64,000 nucleotides of DNA from Mustelus asterias (lineage: Eukaryota), in contig NW_027590154.1 in the NCBI RefSeq assembly GCF_964213995.1, positions 372,001 to 436,000 of the forward strand, given 5' to 3'. The notes below the pieces were generated by a model. The model had not been told where the DNA came from. It searched no databases and was given only the letters and a program-made list of their open reading frames with translations. Shown here piece after piece: positions 61,005 to 64,000 of this stretch. The translations under genes and the position numbers were made by a program. How positions within the stretch are numbered: position 1 is the stretch's first letter; each line of letters opens with the position of its first letter.

Positions 61005-63020
61005 AGTCCATAAGACCATAAGACATAGGAGCGGAAGTAAGGCCATTCGGCCCATCGAGTCCACTCCACCATTCAATCATGGTTGATTTCAACTCCATTT
61101 ACCCGCTCTCTCCCCATAGCCCTTAATTCCTCGAGAAATCAAGAATTTATCAATTTCTGTCTTGAAGACGCTCAACGTCTCGGCCTCCACAGCCCTCTGT
61201 GGCAATGAATTCCACAGACCCACCACTCTCTGGCTGAAGAAATTTCTCCTCATCTCTGTTCTAAAGTGACTCCCTTTTATTCTAAGGCTGTGCCCCCGCG
61301 TCCTAGTCTCCCCTGTTAATGGAAACAACTTCCCTACGTCCATCCTATCTAAGCCGTTCATTATCTTGTAAGTTTCTATCAGATCTCCCCTCAACCTCCT
61401 AAACTCCAATGAATATAATCCCACGATCCTCAGACGTTCATCGTATGTCAGGCCTACCATTCCTGGGATCATCCGTGTGAATCTCCGCTGGACCCGCTCC
61501 AGTGCCAGTATGTCCTTCCTGAGGTGTGGGGCCCAAAATTGCTCACAGTACTCCAAATGGGGCCTAACCAGTGCTTTATAAAGCCTCAGAAGTACATCCC
61601 TGCTTTTGTATTCCAAGCCTCTTGAGATAAATGACAACATTACATTTGCTTTCTTAATTACGGACTCAACCTGCAAGTTTACCTTTAGAGAATCCTGGAC
61701 TAGGACTCCCAAGTCCCTTTGCACTTTAGCATTATGAATTTTGTCACCGTTTAGAAAATAGTCCATGCCTCTATTCTTTTTTCCAAAGTGTACGACCTCG
61801 CACTTGCCCACGTTGAATTTCATCAGCCACTTCTTGGACCACTCTCCTAAACTGTCTAAATCTTTCTGCAGCCTCCCCACCTCCTCAATACTACCTGCCC
61901 CTCCACCTATCTTTGTATCATCGGCAAACTTTGCCAGAATGCTCCCAGTCCTGTCATCTAGATCGTTAATATATAAAGAGAACAGCTGTGGCCCCAACAC
62001 TGAACCCTGCGGGACACCACTTGTCAGCGGTTGCCATTCTGAGAAAGAACCTTTTATCCCAACTCTCTGCCTTCTGTCTGACAGCCAATCGTCAATCCAT
62101 GTTAGTACCTTGCCTTGAATACCATGGGCCCTTATTTTACTCAGCAGTCTCCCGTGAGGCACCTTGTCAAAGGCCTTTTGGAAGTCAAGATAGATAACAT
62201 CCATTGGCTCTCCTTGGTCTAACCTATTTGTTATCTCTTCAAAGAACTCTAACAGGTTTGTCAGGCACGACCTCCCCTTACTAAATCCATGCTGACTTGT
62301 CTTAATCCGACCCTGCACTTCCAAGAATTTAGAAATCTCATCCTTAACGATGGATTCTAGAATTTTGCCAACAACTGAGGTTAGGCTAATTGGCCTATAA
62401 TTTTCCATCTTTTTTCTTGTTCCCTTCTTGAACAGTGGGGTTACAACAGCGATTTTCCAATCCTCTGGGACTTTCCCTGACTCCAGTGACTTTTGAAAGA
62501 TCATAACTAACGCCTCCACTATTTCTTCAGCTATCTCCTTTAGAACTCTAGGATGTAGCCCATCTGGGCCCGGAGATTTATCAATTTTCAGACCTTTTAG
62601 TTTCTCTAGCACTTTCTCCTTTGTGATGGCAACCATATTCAACTCTGCCCCCTGACTTTCCTGAATTGTTGGGATATTACTCATGTCTTCTACTGTGAAG
62701 ACTGACGCAAAGTACTTATTAAGTTCCTCAGCTATTTCCTTGTCTCCCATCACTAGATTACCAGTGTCATTTTGGAGCGGCCCAATGTCTACTTTTGCCT
62801 CCCGTTTGTTTTTAATGTATTTAAAGAAACTTTTACTATCATTCCTAATGTTACTGGCTAGCCTACCTTCATATTTGATCCTCTCCTTCCTTATTTCTCT
62901 CTTTGTTATCCTCTGTTTGTTTTTATAGCCTTCCCAATCTTCTGACTTCCCACTACTCTTTGCCACATTATAGGCTCTCTCTTTTGCCTTGATGCATTCC
63001 CTGACTTCCTTTGTCAGCCA
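61005..63020 (-). mobile_element. Young CR1, 5'-truncated, with an uninterrupted 625-aa RT ORF
   Basis: ORF 61089-62966 with intact FADD. (CATAAGAC)n tail. Confidence 0.95.
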
Positions 63021-64000
63021 CTTTGTGCTGTTCCATCCAGTTATTTTCTGAGAACGAGCTTCATGTGCGGTTCATTCTTTCTACAATTCCCAGCAATTGG
63101 TGTGAGCTACTTGCCATCTCCCTCCTTTCAATTTTCCAATTAAACAAAAGCACGGAGGAACAAACCGTTCTCTGGAGCATTCCACATTGCAATGACTCAG
63201 CCAAAGTCAACTTCCCAACCCATCAGCAACCTCTTTACACACAGAATAAATTGTTGTTCCCTTTGAAATTTGCTATTCTTGTATCTGTCATGTTAAGTGA
63301 AAAAGCTTCTGCAGCATGGCTCATTTTACAGCAATCCTCTGCACTTACAAAGTGACTATTTAAGAAGCATTGTAAAGAAGGAGAAAGAGGTAGAGAGGCT
63401 TATGGAGGGATTTCCAGAGCTTACAGGTGATGACGCTGAAAGCACCACCACCATCGGTGGAGCAAATGAAATATGGTCACTACAAGAGGCCAGAATTGGA
63501 AATGATCTGATATATGAGAGTTGTGGGGCTGGAGAAGATCACAAAGATAGGGAAGGGCGAGGCCATACAGTGATTGAAAATAAGGATAGAAATTTTAAAA
63601 CAAGGTGCTGCTTAACCAGGGACTGATGCAGGAGTGATGTGTTTGTTATTTTGGGGGGAGTGGGGGGAGATGACAACAGATTTAAAGGAAAGAGGGACAA
63701 TACCCGAAGAAAGAAGCGAACCACTAACAATGTAAGCTCACGTGGGGATGTTGTGTAGTCAGCAGTTCAGCGAGAATAGGATAGAAGGTGCAGGAAGTGG
63801 GTCTTGAGGGCAGAGGTCATGAGGGGAGGTGGGAGAATCTAGAGAAAGATACAGATGCAGGACTCAGATAAGGGGTATTTTAGCTCGGTGGGCTAGTGCA
63901 TGGGATGGACACGGCAGAGGCAACTGTCACTAAGATTGAGATCTTCCAATCAAAGAAGATCCATGAGTTCCTCTCACTTGGAGGTGAGGATGGAGCAGAT

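Overview
Vertebrate genomic DNA, almost certainly from a cartilaginous fish: it carries HE1/V-SINE-type SINEs, dense nested CR1 LINEs and an IgNAR-like V gene. The window is part of a T-cell receptor alpha/delta V-gene region. It holds a complete NAR-TCR cassette: leader plus NAR-type V, a D, an IgNAR-like J and a leaderless 'supporting' V-delta. It also holds one intact conventional TCR alpha/delta V, several V pseudogenes or relics, a C2H2 zinc-finger gene, tRNA-Pro pseudogenes, two solo LTRs, Penelope-like fragments, minisatellites and a 311-N assembly gap. The main result is that the NAR-TCR cassette is not in germline order. A ~5.8 kb block (about 21165-26928) containing the J and the supporting V is inverted. 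Its right end is a perfect 12/23 RSS signal joint (CACTGTG|CACAGTG at 26928/26929) and its left end is a head-to-head D/V-delta coding joint. This is the footprint expected from a RAG-mediated inversion fixed in the assembled sequence. The signal joint's 23-RSS is also the first unit of a 61-bp tandem array of 23-RSSs. Repeat boundaries were read by eye and are approximate.
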